Shown here: positions 8,677-18,572 of the stretch, piece by piece | Layout: each line of letters begins with the position of its first letter | Position numbering within the stretch: the first letter of the stretch is position 1 | Assembly: GCA_026396065.1 (NCBI GenBank) | Contig: JAPLXO010000011.1 | Location: 10,748 to 74,747, forward strand | Length of the DNA: 64,000 bases | Direction: 5' to 3' | Source of the DNA: Candidatus Nomurabacteria bacterium | Lineage (GTDB): Bacteria > Patescibacteriota > Minisyncoccia > Phycocordibacterales > UBA9973 | Position numbers and translations under genes: made by a program | The notes under the pieces: model-generated | What the model was told of the DNA's origin: nothing | Database searches by the model: none | The model's input: the letters and a program-made list of their open reading frames with translations, nothing else

Positions 8677-8701
8677 TTTAGTAACTGATATAATAAAACC
8701 T

Positions 8702-10978
8702 ATGGAAGATATTGTAATACCTGAAAATAAAGACATGACCTATCTTGGTCAGACTACTTTTCGTAACAAAAATGTTTTATTTGGAATAAAACGCAAAGAT
8801 CGTCGTCAGCACTGTTATTTGCTCGGAAAATCAGGTACTGGTAAATCTGCTCTCATGACAAATATGGTTTTGCAAAACATCATTAATGGTGATGGTGTTT
8901 GTGTTGTCGATCCACACGGAGAACTTGTAGAAAGTATTGTATCAGCTATTCCAGCTCATCGTTTAAAAGATGTTATTTATTTTAATCCTGCTGACACTGA
9001 TTATCATATTGGTTTTAACGTTTTAGAGTTATTAGATCCTCGTTACAAACATCTTGTCGCCTCAGGATTGATGGGAATTTTCACAAAAATTTGGGCGAAT
9101 GCATGGAGTGCTAGAATGGAATACATTTTAAATAATTGTATTTTGGCTTTACTCGATACACCAGGTACTACACTTCTTGGAATTCCTAGAATGCTCGTCG
9201 ACAAAGATTATCGTCAGAAAATAATTACAAATTTGAAAGATCCAGTCATTAAAGCTTTTTGGATTCATGAATATGAAGCTTGGCAAGATAAATTTCGAAA
9301 TGAAGCTATTGCTCCGATTCAAAATAAAGTCGGACAATTTCTTTCTACTTCCATTATTCGTAATGTCGTAGGGCAATCAAAAAGTACAATTGATCTTTTT
9401 CAAGTAATGAATGAAGGAAAGATTTTTTTGGTGAATGTTTCCAAGGGACGTATCGGTGAAGATAACTCTGCACTTCTCGGAGGTATGCTTATTACAAAAA
9501 TTCAGCTCGCTGCAATGGAGCGTGTGCGTATTCCAGAAGAAGAACGTAAAGACTTTTACCTGTATGTCGACGAATTCCAAAATTTCGTAACAGATGCTTT
9601 TGCTAGTATTCTTTCAGAAGCTCGTAAATATCGTTTAAATCTTACTATAGCTCACCAGTACACAGCTCAGCTTGTCACTGCCAATGGTTCCGCTGTGCGT
9701 GATGCTGTATTCGGCAACGTAGGGACTATGATTATTTTCCGTGTAGGTGCTGACGATGCTGAATTCTTAGAAAAAGAATTTGAACCAGAATTCATGGCTA
9801 CAGATATTGTGAACTTGCCAAACTATCGAATTTATTTAAAATTGATGATTGATGGTATTACGAGTAGACCTTTTTCTGCTAAGACACTTGCACCGATGAA
9901 TAAAAACAGTAAGGTAAATACTGAGGAAGAAGTGATAAAGTCTTCAAGAACTCTGTATGGAAGATCGAAAGAAGTCGTTGAATCAGAAATAAATTCTTGG
10001 AGTGGAATGTCTTTGGGAGACATAGTACCTCCAGGTGGCAATGCTGGTGCAGATGTAGAAAAATTCCCTGTAATTTGTTCAAATTGTATGAAAGAAACTA
10101 CCGTGCCATTCAAGCCAGAAGAAGGACGCGCTGTATATTGTAAAGAGTGTATTGCTAAAATGAAGACAGGCGAGTTGAAGCCTACAAAAGGATCAGCACG
10201 TCAAATAAAATACGATGAAGAAACATTTTTCAAACCTCTTGCCGATCTAGGTATTGAATTTACTTCAAAAGAAGCTCCACCAAAAGTAATACCAAAGCCA
10301 TACATGCCACCAGTATCAAAACCAGGAATTTTTGGGACTGTTAAAAAAGTCTTTCAAAATACTGTTGGAGCAAAACCTCCATCTCCAATTTCAAATATAC
10401 CAAAACCAATTTCTCCAATTACTACTACTAATGTTAATGTTCCAGTTCCACCAAAACCTCCTATAAATATTTTTAAACCACCAACTCCTTCTCTTAATAT
10501 TCCAACACCGGTAATACCAACACCTACTCCACCAGTTAAACCTATTATTTCTACTACTCCAATTGAGTCACAAAAACCTCAAACTGTAGTTGAAAAACCA
10601 AAAGAAAATACAGCACTTAAAGATTTGTTAAATAAAGCCTTGGCACCAAAGCCAATTACACCAGTAGTACCACCTATACAGCCAGTTGTTCCAGAAATAA
10701 AAAAAGTTGAACCAGAACCAATTTCTTTAGCTTCTTTAAAAAATCCAACAATTGCAACTCCTATTTCACAAAATAAAGATAGATCTGCGAGTGCTGAAAA
10801 TATGAATAAGTTAAAAGAATTTGTAGCAAAAATTGCAGAACCTCTTAAAGCAGAAGAAATAAAAAAAGAGGAACAAATTCCTACACAACCTCCAGTCACA
10901 CCTGCACCTACTCCGACGATACAAAAAACAACAAAAGAAGTTCCAGAAGATGTATTAAGGAAAATTTTAGAAGAATAA
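8702..10978 (+). CDS. VirD4/TraG/TraD-like (FtsK-HerA superfamily) P-loop ATPase with C-terminal CxxC-CxxC zinc ribbon and ~250-aa Pro/Thr-rich low-complexity tail
   Basis: Walker A LLGKSGTGKS; Walker B FYLYVDEFQNF; EARKYRLNLTIAHQYTAQL resembles the TraG-D_C/VirD4 motif (...RGYGI.L.LI.Q...QL). Zinc ribbon CSNC...x...YCKEC. No N-terminal TM helices. The ORF track starts at a TTG (8672) inside the dnaK terminator, so the first ATG (8702) is preferred. Paralog of 20448-21920. Confidence 0.6.
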   Translation: MEDIVIPENKDMTYLGQTTFRNKNVLFGIKRKDRRQHCYLLGKSGTGKSALMTNMVLQNIINGDGVCVVDPHGELVESIVSAIPAHRLKDVIYFNPADTDYHIGFNVLELLDPRYKHLVASGLMGIFTKIWANAWSARMEYILNNCILALLDTPGTTLLGIPRMLVDKDYRQKIITNLKDPVIKAFWIHEYEAWQDKFRNEAIAPIQNKVGQFLSTSIIRNVVGQSKSTIDLFQVMNEGKIFLVNVSKGRIGEDNSALLGGMLITKIQLAAMERVRIPEEERKDFYLYVDEFQNFVTDAFASILSEARKYRLNLTIAHQYTAQLVTANGSAVRDAVFGNVGTMIIFRVGADDAEFLEKEFEPEFMATDIVNLPNYRIYLKLMIDGITSRPFSAKTLAPMNKNSKVNTEEEVIKSSRTLYGRSKEVVESEINSWSGMSLGDIVPPGGNAGADVEKFPVICSNCMKETTVPFKPEEGRAVYCKECIAKMKTGELKPTKGSARQIKYDEETFFKPLADLGIEFTSKEAPPKVIPKPYMPPVSKPGIFGTVKKVFQNTVGAKPPSPISNIPKPISPITTTNVNVPVPPKPPINIFKPPTPSLNIPTPVIPTPTPPVKPIISTTPIESQKPQTVVEKPKENTALKDLLNKALAPKPITPVVPPIQPVVPEIKKVEPEPISLASLKNPTIATPISQNKDRSASAENMNKLKEFVAKIAEPLKAEEIKKEEQIPTQPPVTPAPTPTIQKTTKEVPEDVLRKILEE

Positions 10979-11021
10979 TAAATTAAAGAATGTCGCGCTA
11001 AAAGGACTTACGCGACCTCAT

Positions 11022-11336
11022 TTGCAAAATCACATGTTTTGGAATAAAAATACAAATATACATACAGAAAGTACAGAAGAATTTTTTGACGACGAAAGTT
11101 TTAAAGAAATAAAGATGACCTTTATTGGTCGCGTGGTTACTATTATTATTGCTTCACTTTCATTGATCGCCGCACTTGCTTGGGAGGAAACACTTCACGA
11201 TTTATTCAGAGAATTTTTCACTAGTAGTGAATCAATACAAGGTAAACTACTTTATGCAATATTGGTGACTCTGCTTACTGTCATTGTTTCTGTTTTCGTC
11301 GGCCGAAGATTCCTTAAAAAAGCACGAAGGAAATAA
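11022..11336 (+). CDS. Small hypothetical membrane protein (two predicted TM helices)
   Basis: 104-aa ORF; hydrophobic stretches IGRVVTIIIASLSLIAALA and LLYAILVTLLTVIVSVFVG; between ATPase and paralog array. Confidence 0.4.
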   Translation: MQNHMFWNKNTNIHTESTEEFFDDESFKEIKMTFIGRVVTIIIASLSLIAALAWEETLHDLFREFFTSSESIQGKLLYAILVTLLTVIVSVFVGRRFLKKARRK

Positions 11337-11380
11337 ATACTTTTGCTGTATCAGTGTACTAGTACGATAGTATAAAAAAT

Positions 11381-13135
11381 ATGAATCCAGAAATTAAAAA
11401 TTGTCAGAACTGTAAAAAAGAATTTACGATAGAAACGGAAGATTTTTCTTTTTATAAAAAAATGAAAGTTCCACCACCGACATTTTGTCCAGAGTGTAGA
11501 ATGCAAAGAAGATTGGCTTGGAGAAATGAGCGTGGACTATATCGTAGAAATAGTGATGTTCCAGGGAAAGAAAACGAACAGATAATTTCTACTTATCCAC
11601 CTACTATAAATGTAAAAGTATACGACAATGATTATTGGTGGAGTGATAATTGGGAACCTACTGATTATGCTATGGAGTATGATTTTTCACGACCTTTTTT
11701 TGAACAATTTCGGGAACTTTTGTCTAAAGTGCCATTAATAAGTTTTGCTGATAGTAAAGGAGTAAATAATCAATATTGTAATTATATTACTGAAGGTAAG
11801 AATTGTTATATGCTTTCTGCTGCATGGAGTTGTGAAGATTGTTTACTTGGAAATAGAAATTCTTTTTGCAAGGAAACTGTTGATTCTTATGTGTGTCATA
11901 AAACGGAATTTTCTTATGGAAATATTTATTGTGGAGAATCATATAAATTATTTTATAGTGAACATTCGTACAATTGTACTGATTCATATTTTCTTTACGA
12001 CTGCCGAAACTGTATTGATTGTTTTATGTGTTATGGTTTGAGAAATAAATCTTACTGTATTGAAAATGTTCAATACACACAAGAAGAATATAGAGAAAAA
12101 ATGAAAGATATAAATTTGGGTAATTATGAAACTGTTGAAAATAATAAAACTTATTTTAATAAATTTAAACAAAATGCAGTTCGTAAGTACGCCAATAATA
12201 CAAAATGTATAAATGTGACGGGAGATAATGTCGAAAATGCAAAAGATGCACAATATTGTTTTGATTTACCAGGAGGAATTGAAAATATTAAATACTGTAA
12301 TTGGGGTACGTATGGATTAAAAGATTCTTATGATACAGGGCCGGGGACAGGTGGTAAATCAGAAATGACCTATGAAGGAGTTAGTATTGGTGTAGCAAAT
12401 GCTAATTGTTCTTTTGGTGCAATTGTTTGGAATTCTAGTAATGTACAATATGCTTTTAATTGTTACTCTACGAATAATTGTTTTGGTGTCGTCAGTTTGA
12501 AAAGTAAATCTTACTGTATTTTAAATAAGCAGTATACCAAAGAAGAATATAATGAATTGCTACCGAAAGTCATTCAACATATGAATGATATGCCTTATGT
12601 AGATAAAAAAGGACGTGTGTATAAATATGGGGAGCTTTTTCCAATAGAACTTTCTCCTTATGCATACAATGGTGCAACGGTACAAGATTTTTTCCCTCTA
12701 GATAAAGCCACTGCAGTAGGAGAGGGTTTTAATTGGCAAGATGAAACGGAGAGGAATTATGAGGTTACTTTACCAGCCTCAAGTATTCCTTTAAATATTG
12801 AAGAAGTTAAAAATGATATACTGTCGCAAACTTTAGGTTGCATAAACGCTTCAGGAGATGTACAGGGTTGCACGAAGGCATTTAGGTTAGTTTCAAAAGA
12901 ATTAGATTTTTATAAAAGATTTAATATTCCTATTCCACATTTTTGTCCAAATTGTAGACACGCGGAGCGTGTCAGTAGACGCAACCCTATGAAACTTTGG
13001 CACAGACAATGCATGTGTGATAAAACAAATCATGGTCATGCAGCTAAGTGTGAAGTTGAATTTGAGACTGCATATGCTCCAGATAGACCAGAGATCGTCT
13101 ATTGTGAAAAGTGTTACCAACAGGAGATTTATTAG
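11381..13135 (+). CDS. Cysteine-rich zinc-ribbon protein, paralog 1 of unrecognised family (584 aa)
   Basis: N-terminal CQNC...FY.K.KVPPPTFCPECR zinc ribbon; two internal copies of C..C.DCF.C..LRN..YCI.N.QY..EEY; C-terminal FY.R.N.P.P.FCP.CRH.ER...NP.KLW.RQC.C...RPEIVYCEKCYQQEIY. Confidence 0.7.
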   Translation: MNPEIKNCQNCKKEFTIETEDFSFYKKMKVPPPTFCPECRMQRRLAWRNERGLYRRNSDVPGKENEQIISTYPPTINVKVYDNDYWWSDNWEPTDYAMEYDFSRPFFEQFRELLSKVPLISFADSKGVNNQYCNYITEGKNCYMLSAAWSCEDCLLGNRNSFCKETVDSYVCHKTEFSYGNIYCGESYKLFYSEHSYNCTDSYFLYDCRNCIDCFMCYGLRNKSYCIENVQYTQEEYREKMKDINLGNYETVENNKTYFNKFKQNAVRKYANNTKCINVTGDNVENAKDAQYCFDLPGGIENIKYCNWGTYGLKDSYDTGPGTGGKSEMTYEGVSIGVANANCSFGAIVWNSSNVQYAFNCYSTNNCFGVVSLKSKSYCILNKQYTKEEYNELLPKVIQHMNDMPYVDKKGRVYKYGELFPIELSPYAYNGATVQDFFPLDKATAVGEGFNWQDETERNYEVTLPASSIPLNIEEVKNDILSQTLGCINASGDVQGCTKAFRLVSKELDFYKRFNIPIPHFCPNCRHAERVSRRNPMKLWHRQCMCDKTNHGHAAKCEVEFETAYAPDRPEIVYCEKCYQQEIY

Positions 13136-13137
13136 TT

Positions 13138-14886
13138 ATGGAATCAAAAACACCAAAATCAGACGTACTTATAGATGAAATCCTTGCAGGGCTTGTTCCA
13201 CATACACGTATATGTAAATGGAAAGGCGAGCATCAGCATTGTGAAGGCAAATTTGAAATTACGAATGAAGATATTTCGTTTCTTAAAATGCTTCGAGTTC
13301 CTGCTCCAAATTTCTGTCCTACTTGTAGAAGAATTAAAAGACAATCTTTTATGGGTTTCGCGCAACTTTTTAAGAGGAAATGTGATGTAGTTGGACACGA
13401 TGAATCTATCATCTCTGTTTTTTCTAAAGAATGCCCTTTCCCAGTTGTTGATTATAAGTATTTTGCTTCTGATGAATTTGATTCTTTTTTATATCGTAAA
13501 AATTATGAAGAGAATACAAGTCCAATGGAACAACTTTTTTCTCTAAGGAAAATTTTTCCAATGCCTTCATTTTTAAATCGTGATTCTTCGAGTATAAATA
13601 GTGATTATTCAAATGGAGGTAGAGATAATAAAAACTGTTATTACACTAGTGGTTGCTATACGGTAGAAAATGCTTGGTATTCAAATATGCTCGTGAAGAG
13701 CAAAGAAATAATGGATTGCCGAACTGTAAAACATTCAGATCATGTATATTCGAGTCTTTATTCAGACCATCTATATAAATCTTATTTTACTTATTTTTCC
13801 AATAGCTGTACAGATAGTATGTTTCTTTTTGATTGTAGAAATTGTATAAACTGTTTTGGTTGTGTAAATTTGCGTAATGCTAAATATTGTATTTGGAATG
13901 AACAATATAGTAAAGAAGATTATGAACAATTTATAAAATCAAATCTACCATTCTCTAGAGATTTTTTAGAAGAAAATAAGCAAAAATTTTGGCAACTTGT
14001 AAAATCACTTCCAATAAATGCTTCTAGAAATATGACTGTAAAAAACAATGTAAATGGTGTGATGAATGTGAATTCGAATAATTTATATGATGTCACAGAA
14101 TCTAGTAAAGCAGAAAATGTACGTCATGCAGATGGCGCTCTTACACATCAAAATTCTATGGATTTACTATACTCGGGCGGATCTAGTTTGCTTTACGGTA
14201 CTATAAATATCGGTTCTCAATCGAGCAACGTTCGATTTTCAGTTTCATGTAAATTTTCTACTAACTCAGAATTTATTTTTAATTCAAATAATCTAGATAA
14301 TTGTTTTATGTGTTTTGGTTTGCAGCATAAATCTTATTGTATTTTAAACAAACAATATAGCCCAGATGAATATTTTAAAATAATAGATGAAATAAAATCT
14401 GACATGATAAAAAGGGGAGAATACGACGACGGACTAAGTTTTGAATTTTCTGCCCAAGCATATAATTTTTCATTAGCCCAGATTTCTTTTCCTCTTACAG
14501 AACAAGAAATAATAAAATTAGGTGGTTATATGGCTGAAGAGCCAGAAAGTAATGCCGGAGATATGAAAATTTTATCAAAAGAAGAAGTGCCACAAACAAT
14601 AGATGAAGTATCAGATGACATTGTAGATTATGCAATTAAATGTGAGGTTACTGCTAGGCCTTTCAGGATTACTCCTTCAGAATTACAATTTTATAGAATA
14701 ATGAAATTACCACTTCCTACTATACATCCGATAGTCAGAATGAGAAAATATTATGAACTGGCACCAATCGGTAAAAGCTACCCTGCTGTTTGTTCTAAAT
14801 GTGGTAAATCATTTCGATCATTATTTGATCCTAAAGACGGTTATAAGCTATACTGTGAAGATTGTTATAAACAAGAAGTATATTAA
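13138..14886 (+). CDS. Cysteine-rich zinc-ribbon protein, paralog 2 (583 aa)
   Basis: Same architecture; starts 2 nt after the paralog 1 stop; ends ...YCEDCYKQEVY. Confidence 0.7.
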   Translation: MESKTPKSDVLIDEILAGLVPHTRICKWKGEHQHCEGKFEITNEDISFLKMLRVPAPNFCPTCRRIKRQSFMGFAQLFKRKCDVVGHDESIISVFSKECPFPVVDYKYFASDEFDSFLYRKNYEENTSPMEQLFSLRKIFPMPSFLNRDSSSINSDYSNGGRDNKNCYYTSGCYTVENAWYSNMLVKSKEIMDCRTVKHSDHVYSSLYSDHLYKSYFTYFSNSCTDSMFLFDCRNCINCFGCVNLRNAKYCIWNEQYSKEDYEQFIKSNLPFSRDFLEENKQKFWQLVKSLPINASRNMTVKNNVNGVMNVNSNNLYDVTESSKAENVRHADGALTHQNSMDLLYSGGSSLLYGTINIGSQSSNVRFSVSCKFSTNSEFIFNSNNLDNCFMCFGLQHKSYCILNKQYSPDEYFKIIDEIKSDMIKRGEYDDGLSFEFSAQAYNFSLAQISFPLTEQEIIKLGGYMAEEPESNAGDMKILSKEEVPQTIDEVSDDIVDYAIKCEVTARPFRITPSELQFYRIMKLPLPTIHPIVRMRKYYELAPIGKSYPAVCSKCGKSFRSLFDPKDGYKLYCEDCYKQEVY

Positions 14887-14888
14887 TT

Positions 14889-14951
14889 ATGGAAACAAAA
14901 AACTGTCAAAATTGTCCCGATTTTTTAAAAATCGAGGATCCACGATTCTAA
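14889..14951 (+). pseudogene. Truncated ancestral N-terminal leader of paralog 3 (METKNCQNCPDFLKIEDPRF*), interrupted by a ~100-nt palindromic insert
   Basis: 20-codon ORF begins like the other paralogs (METKNCQNC). It then runs into the inserted element and a stop. ATGA overlap with the restart codon at 14951. Confidence 0.5.
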
Positions 14952-16684
14952 TGAATTATAATCGGGATAAAAAAGATATGGAACATCAATCAGAAAGTAA
15001 AATATGTCAGAATTGTAAGACTTCGTTTATTATAAAAGAAGAAGATTTTAATTTTTATGAAAAAATCAAAGTTCCTCCACCGACATTTTGCCCGGAGTGT
15101 AGAAACATACAACGTTTTGCTACTAGAAATTCAAAATCTTTATATAAACGTGCTTGTGATGGCTGTAAAAAAGAAGTTATATCACGATTTTCACCGCATA
15201 ATCCAGCAGTTATGTATTGCCGAGATTGTTGGTGGAGTGATAATTGGGACGCACTTTCTTTTGCAAAAGATTACGATTTTTCTAAAACTTTTTTTGAACA
15301 ATTTAAAGAACTTCTTTTCTCTGTACCACATGTATCACTTTTAAATAATAATATGCATGAAAGTGATTACTCAAACATGGAATCAGATGATAAAAGATGC
15401 TATCTAACCTTTGGAGGACATTATAATGAAGATTGTGCTTTTACTGAATATAGTCTTTGGGGACGTGAAGTATATGATTCTTATTGGTCATTAAAATCGG
15501 AACAATGTCATGGATGTTCTCTTGTTGAGCGTTGCTATCGCACTTATGGATCTGAACAATGTTATGACTGTCTCGATACACTTTTTTCTTTTGATTGTAC
15601 AAATTGTTCAAATATTATTGGTTGTATAGGGTTGAGAAATAAATCATATTGTATTTTTAATCAACAGTATTCTAAAGAAGAATTTTTTGAAATTAAAGAA
15701 AATTTAAATATTGGTTCATATAGAGCTCGAAAAGAACTAGAAGAGAAATCAAAAACATTTTGGCTTAGTTTCCCACATAAAGAGAGTTTGATAACTCATT
15801 CAAATGATTGTACTGGAAATAGTATAGTTAATTCAAAAAACTCAAAAAACATTTGGCAGGCAGATAGTGTTGAGGATTCCAAATATAGTTATATCGCAGC
15901 TTGGAATAAAAACTGTTATGACGAAACATCGGCTGGTAATGACGAGCTTTGTTATCTGTGCGCAAATGGTGGTGGTTTATATAATTCTATCGCTATATTA
16001 TATTCTTTTGGTTCAAATGTAGATAAGAAAAAACAAAGTTTTAATTGTGGTTATTCTTATACTGTTCTCAACTGCACTGATTGTTTTGGTTGTGTAGGAA
16101 TTCGTAATAAACAATATTGTATTTTGAACAAACAATATACCAAAGAAGAGTATTTTGAACTTTTAGAAAAAATTAAAAAAAGTATGTTGGAAAATCCTTT
16201 CCAATCACAAAAGACAGGACAAGTATTTAGCTATGGGGATTTCTTTCCATCAGAGCATTCACTTTTTGCTTACAATGAGACAGTAGCACAAGATTTATAT
16301 CCAAAAGATAAAGATTCTGCAGAGGCTCAAGGTTTTGTTTGGCGAGAAGAACCTGAACCACACTACGACTTTAATCATTATCAAATTCCTGATGATATAA
16401 AAGACGTAGATGATTCTATTTTGTCTCAAGTGTTAAAATGTGAAGAAAGTGGTAAGGGTTATAAAATAGCTCGATCTGAGTTAGCATTTTATCAAAAAAT
16501 GCAGATTCCAATACCTCGTATTTCGCCACTTATACGTATTCGAGACCGTGTACGTGCATTGTTACCATTTAAACTTTTTGATAGGCAATGTCAGAAATGT
16601 AATAAGGATATAAAAACTCCTTATTCTCCAGAACGCCCAGAAATTATCTACTGTGAAAAGTGTTACCAGCAGGAAGTATATTAA
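14951..16684 (+). CDS. Cysteine-rich zinc-ribbon protein, paralog 3 (577 aa from restart Met)
   Basis: MNYNRDKKDMEHQSESKICQNCKTSFII...; same family architecture; ends RPEIIYCEKCYQQEVY. Confidence 0.65.
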   Translation: MNYNRDKKDMEHQSESKICQNCKTSFIIKEEDFNFYEKIKVPPPTFCPECRNIQRFATRNSKSLYKRACDGCKKEVISRFSPHNPAVMYCRDCWWSDNWDALSFAKDYDFSKTFFEQFKELLFSVPHVSLLNNNMHESDYSNMESDDKRCYLTFGGHYNEDCAFTEYSLWGREVYDSYWSLKSEQCHGCSLVERCYRTYGSEQCYDCLDTLFSFDCTNCSNIIGCIGLRNKSYCIFNQQYSKEEFFEIKENLNIGSYRARKELEEKSKTFWLSFPHKESLITHSNDCTGNSIVNSKNSKNIWQADSVEDSKYSYIAAWNKNCYDETSAGNDELCYLCANGGGLYNSIAILYSFGSNVDKKKQSFNCGYSYTVLNCTDCFGCVGIRNKQYCILNKQYTKEEYFELLEKIKKSMLENPFQSQKTGQVFSYGDFFPSEHSLFAYNETVAQDLYPKDKDSAEAQGFVWREEPEPHYDFNHYQIPDDIKDVDDSILSQVLKCEESGKGYKIARSELAFYQKMQIPIPRISPLIRIRDRVRALLPFKLFDRQCQKCNKDIKTPYSPERPEIIYCEKCYQQEVY

Positions 16685-16686
16685 TT

Positions 16687-18459
16687 ATGGAAACACGAAA
16701 TTGTCAAAATTGTAAAAAAGATTTCACTATAGAGGTGGAGGATTTTAATTTTTATCAAAAGATAAAAGTTCCACCACCGACGTGGTGCCCAGAGTGTCGA
16801 CTTATTCGTCGTCTTGCTTATCGTGAAGAACGGTCTTTTTATAAAGATGAATGTGATAAATGCGGTCATGAAATAGTAAGTTTATTTGCACCAGAATCTG
16901 ATCTTCCTGTCTTTTGTTCTCCTTGTTGGTGGAGTGATAGTTGGGATGCTACATCTTATGGAAAAGACTACGATTTTTCTCGTCCATTTTTTGAGCAATT
17001 ATATCAATTAATGAAAGTCGTACCAAATCAGGCTACAAATACACGAAATTGTACTGATTGTAAATATTCTCATGGCAATATACGTTGTAAAAATTGTACT
17101 TTTGTTTTTGCTGGTATACAGTCTATTAATTGCTATTATTGTTCAACACCGATTTTCACAAAAGATTCTTTTGATTCAAGCTTTATTATAAATGCTGATC
17201 ATGTATATGAAGGTGTACATATAGGGGGAATATATAATTCAAAATTTATTTATTTTTCTGATGAATGCTTGGACTGTTCTTTTATTTTTAATTGTGTTGG
17301 ATGTTCAGATTGTTTTGGTTGTGTAAATTTAAGAAATCAAAAATATTGTATTTTTAATATTCAATATTCTAAAGAAGAATATAAAAAAGAAATTTTAAAA
17401 TGGGATCTAGGTAGTTATGAAAATTTACAAAAAGCACGAGAACTTTTTATGAAACTTTACCATAAAACACCAAGACGTTTTGCATTAATTTCAAATTCTA
17501 CAAATTGTATTGGTGATGATATTCAAAATACTAAAAATTGTAAAATATGTTTTTCTGCTACTCATGGAGTAGAAAATTCTAAATTTATTTTTCAATGTGG
17601 ATTATTGTTGAAAGATAGTTATGATGTGACACTAGGCGGAGATACTTCTGAGCTTGCATATGAAGTAAATGGTAGCACTCAATCACAAAAAAGTTTTTTT
17701 TGTAGGGGTAGTAATAACTTAAGAGATGTTGAATATTCAGATAATATATACAATGGATCCAATCTTTTTGGTTGCGTAAAATTGAGACATAAAAAATATT
17801 GTATTTTAAATAAACAATATACAAAAGAAGAATATGAAGATTTAATACCAAAAATAAAACAGCATATGATAGATATGCCATATGTTGATAAAAAAGGACG
17901 AGTCTATAAATATGGGGAATTTTTTCCAGTAGAAATAGCTTTATTTGCTTACAATGAAACCTGGGCACATCAATATTTTCCTATTACAAAAGAAAAAGCA
18001 ATAGAACAAGGTTACAATTGGCGTGATCCGATAGAAAGGGATTATAAAATAACTATTAACATTGGGAATTTGCATAATCATATTAAAGATGTGACTGATT
18101 CTATTTTAGATGAAGTGATAGAATGTGAACATAATGGAAAAAACTGTAATCAACAGTGCACTACTGCTTTTAGAATTTTACCAAATGAATTGGGTTTTTA
18201 TAGACAAATGAATTTGGCTTTGCCTAGAATATGCCCAAACTGTCGTCATTATGAAAGATTAAAAAAAACAAATCCACCAAAATTATGGCATGGAAAATGT
18301 ATGTGCGATGGTGTAGAATCAAGTAATAAAGAATATAGAAATACTATTAAGCATTTGCATGGAGAGGAGCCTTGCCAAAATGAATTTGAAACTTCTATAA
18401 GTAGTGAAAGAAAAGAAATAGTTTATTGTGAAAAATGTTATCAGGATGAATTTATATGA
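16687..18459 (+). CDS. Cysteine-rich zinc-ribbon protein, paralog 4 (590 aa)
   Basis: METRNCQNCKKDFTIEVEDFNFYQKIKVPPPTWCPECR...; ends KEIVYCEKCYQDEFI; first ATG is 16687 (the ORF-track start 16660 is an alternative codon). Confidence 0.7.
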   Translation: METRNCQNCKKDFTIEVEDFNFYQKIKVPPPTWCPECRLIRRLAYREERSFYKDECDKCGHEIVSLFAPESDLPVFCSPCWWSDSWDATSYGKDYDFSRPFFEQLYQLMKVVPNQATNTRNCTDCKYSHGNIRCKNCTFVFAGIQSINCYYCSTPIFTKDSFDSSFIINADHVYEGVHIGGIYNSKFIYFSDECLDCSFIFNCVGCSDCFGCVNLRNQKYCIFNIQYSKEEYKKEILKWDLGSYENLQKARELFMKLYHKTPRRFALISNSTNCIGDDIQNTKNCKICFSATHGVENSKFIFQCGLLLKDSYDVTLGGDTSELAYEVNGSTQSQKSFFCRGSNNLRDVEYSDNIYNGSNLFGCVKLRHKKYCILNKQYTKEEYEDLIPKIKQHMIDMPYVDKKGRVYKYGEFFPVEIALFAYNETWAHQYFPITKEKAIEQGYNWRDPIERDYKITINIGNLHNHIKDVTDSILDEVIECEHNGKNCNQQCTTAFRILPNELGFYRQMNLALPRICPNCRHYERLKKTNPPKLWHGKCMCDGVESSNKEYRNTIKHLHGEEPCQNEFETSISSERKEIVYCEKCYQDEFI

Positions 18460-18572
18460 ATAAAAAAACAAAATTAAAAATAGAATCTTTAAAATATTTA
18501 ATTCCAATCTTGTTAAAAACAATTAAATTTCGAATTAAAGTTTGGCGACGTAAAAACTTTTAAATAAGATAT

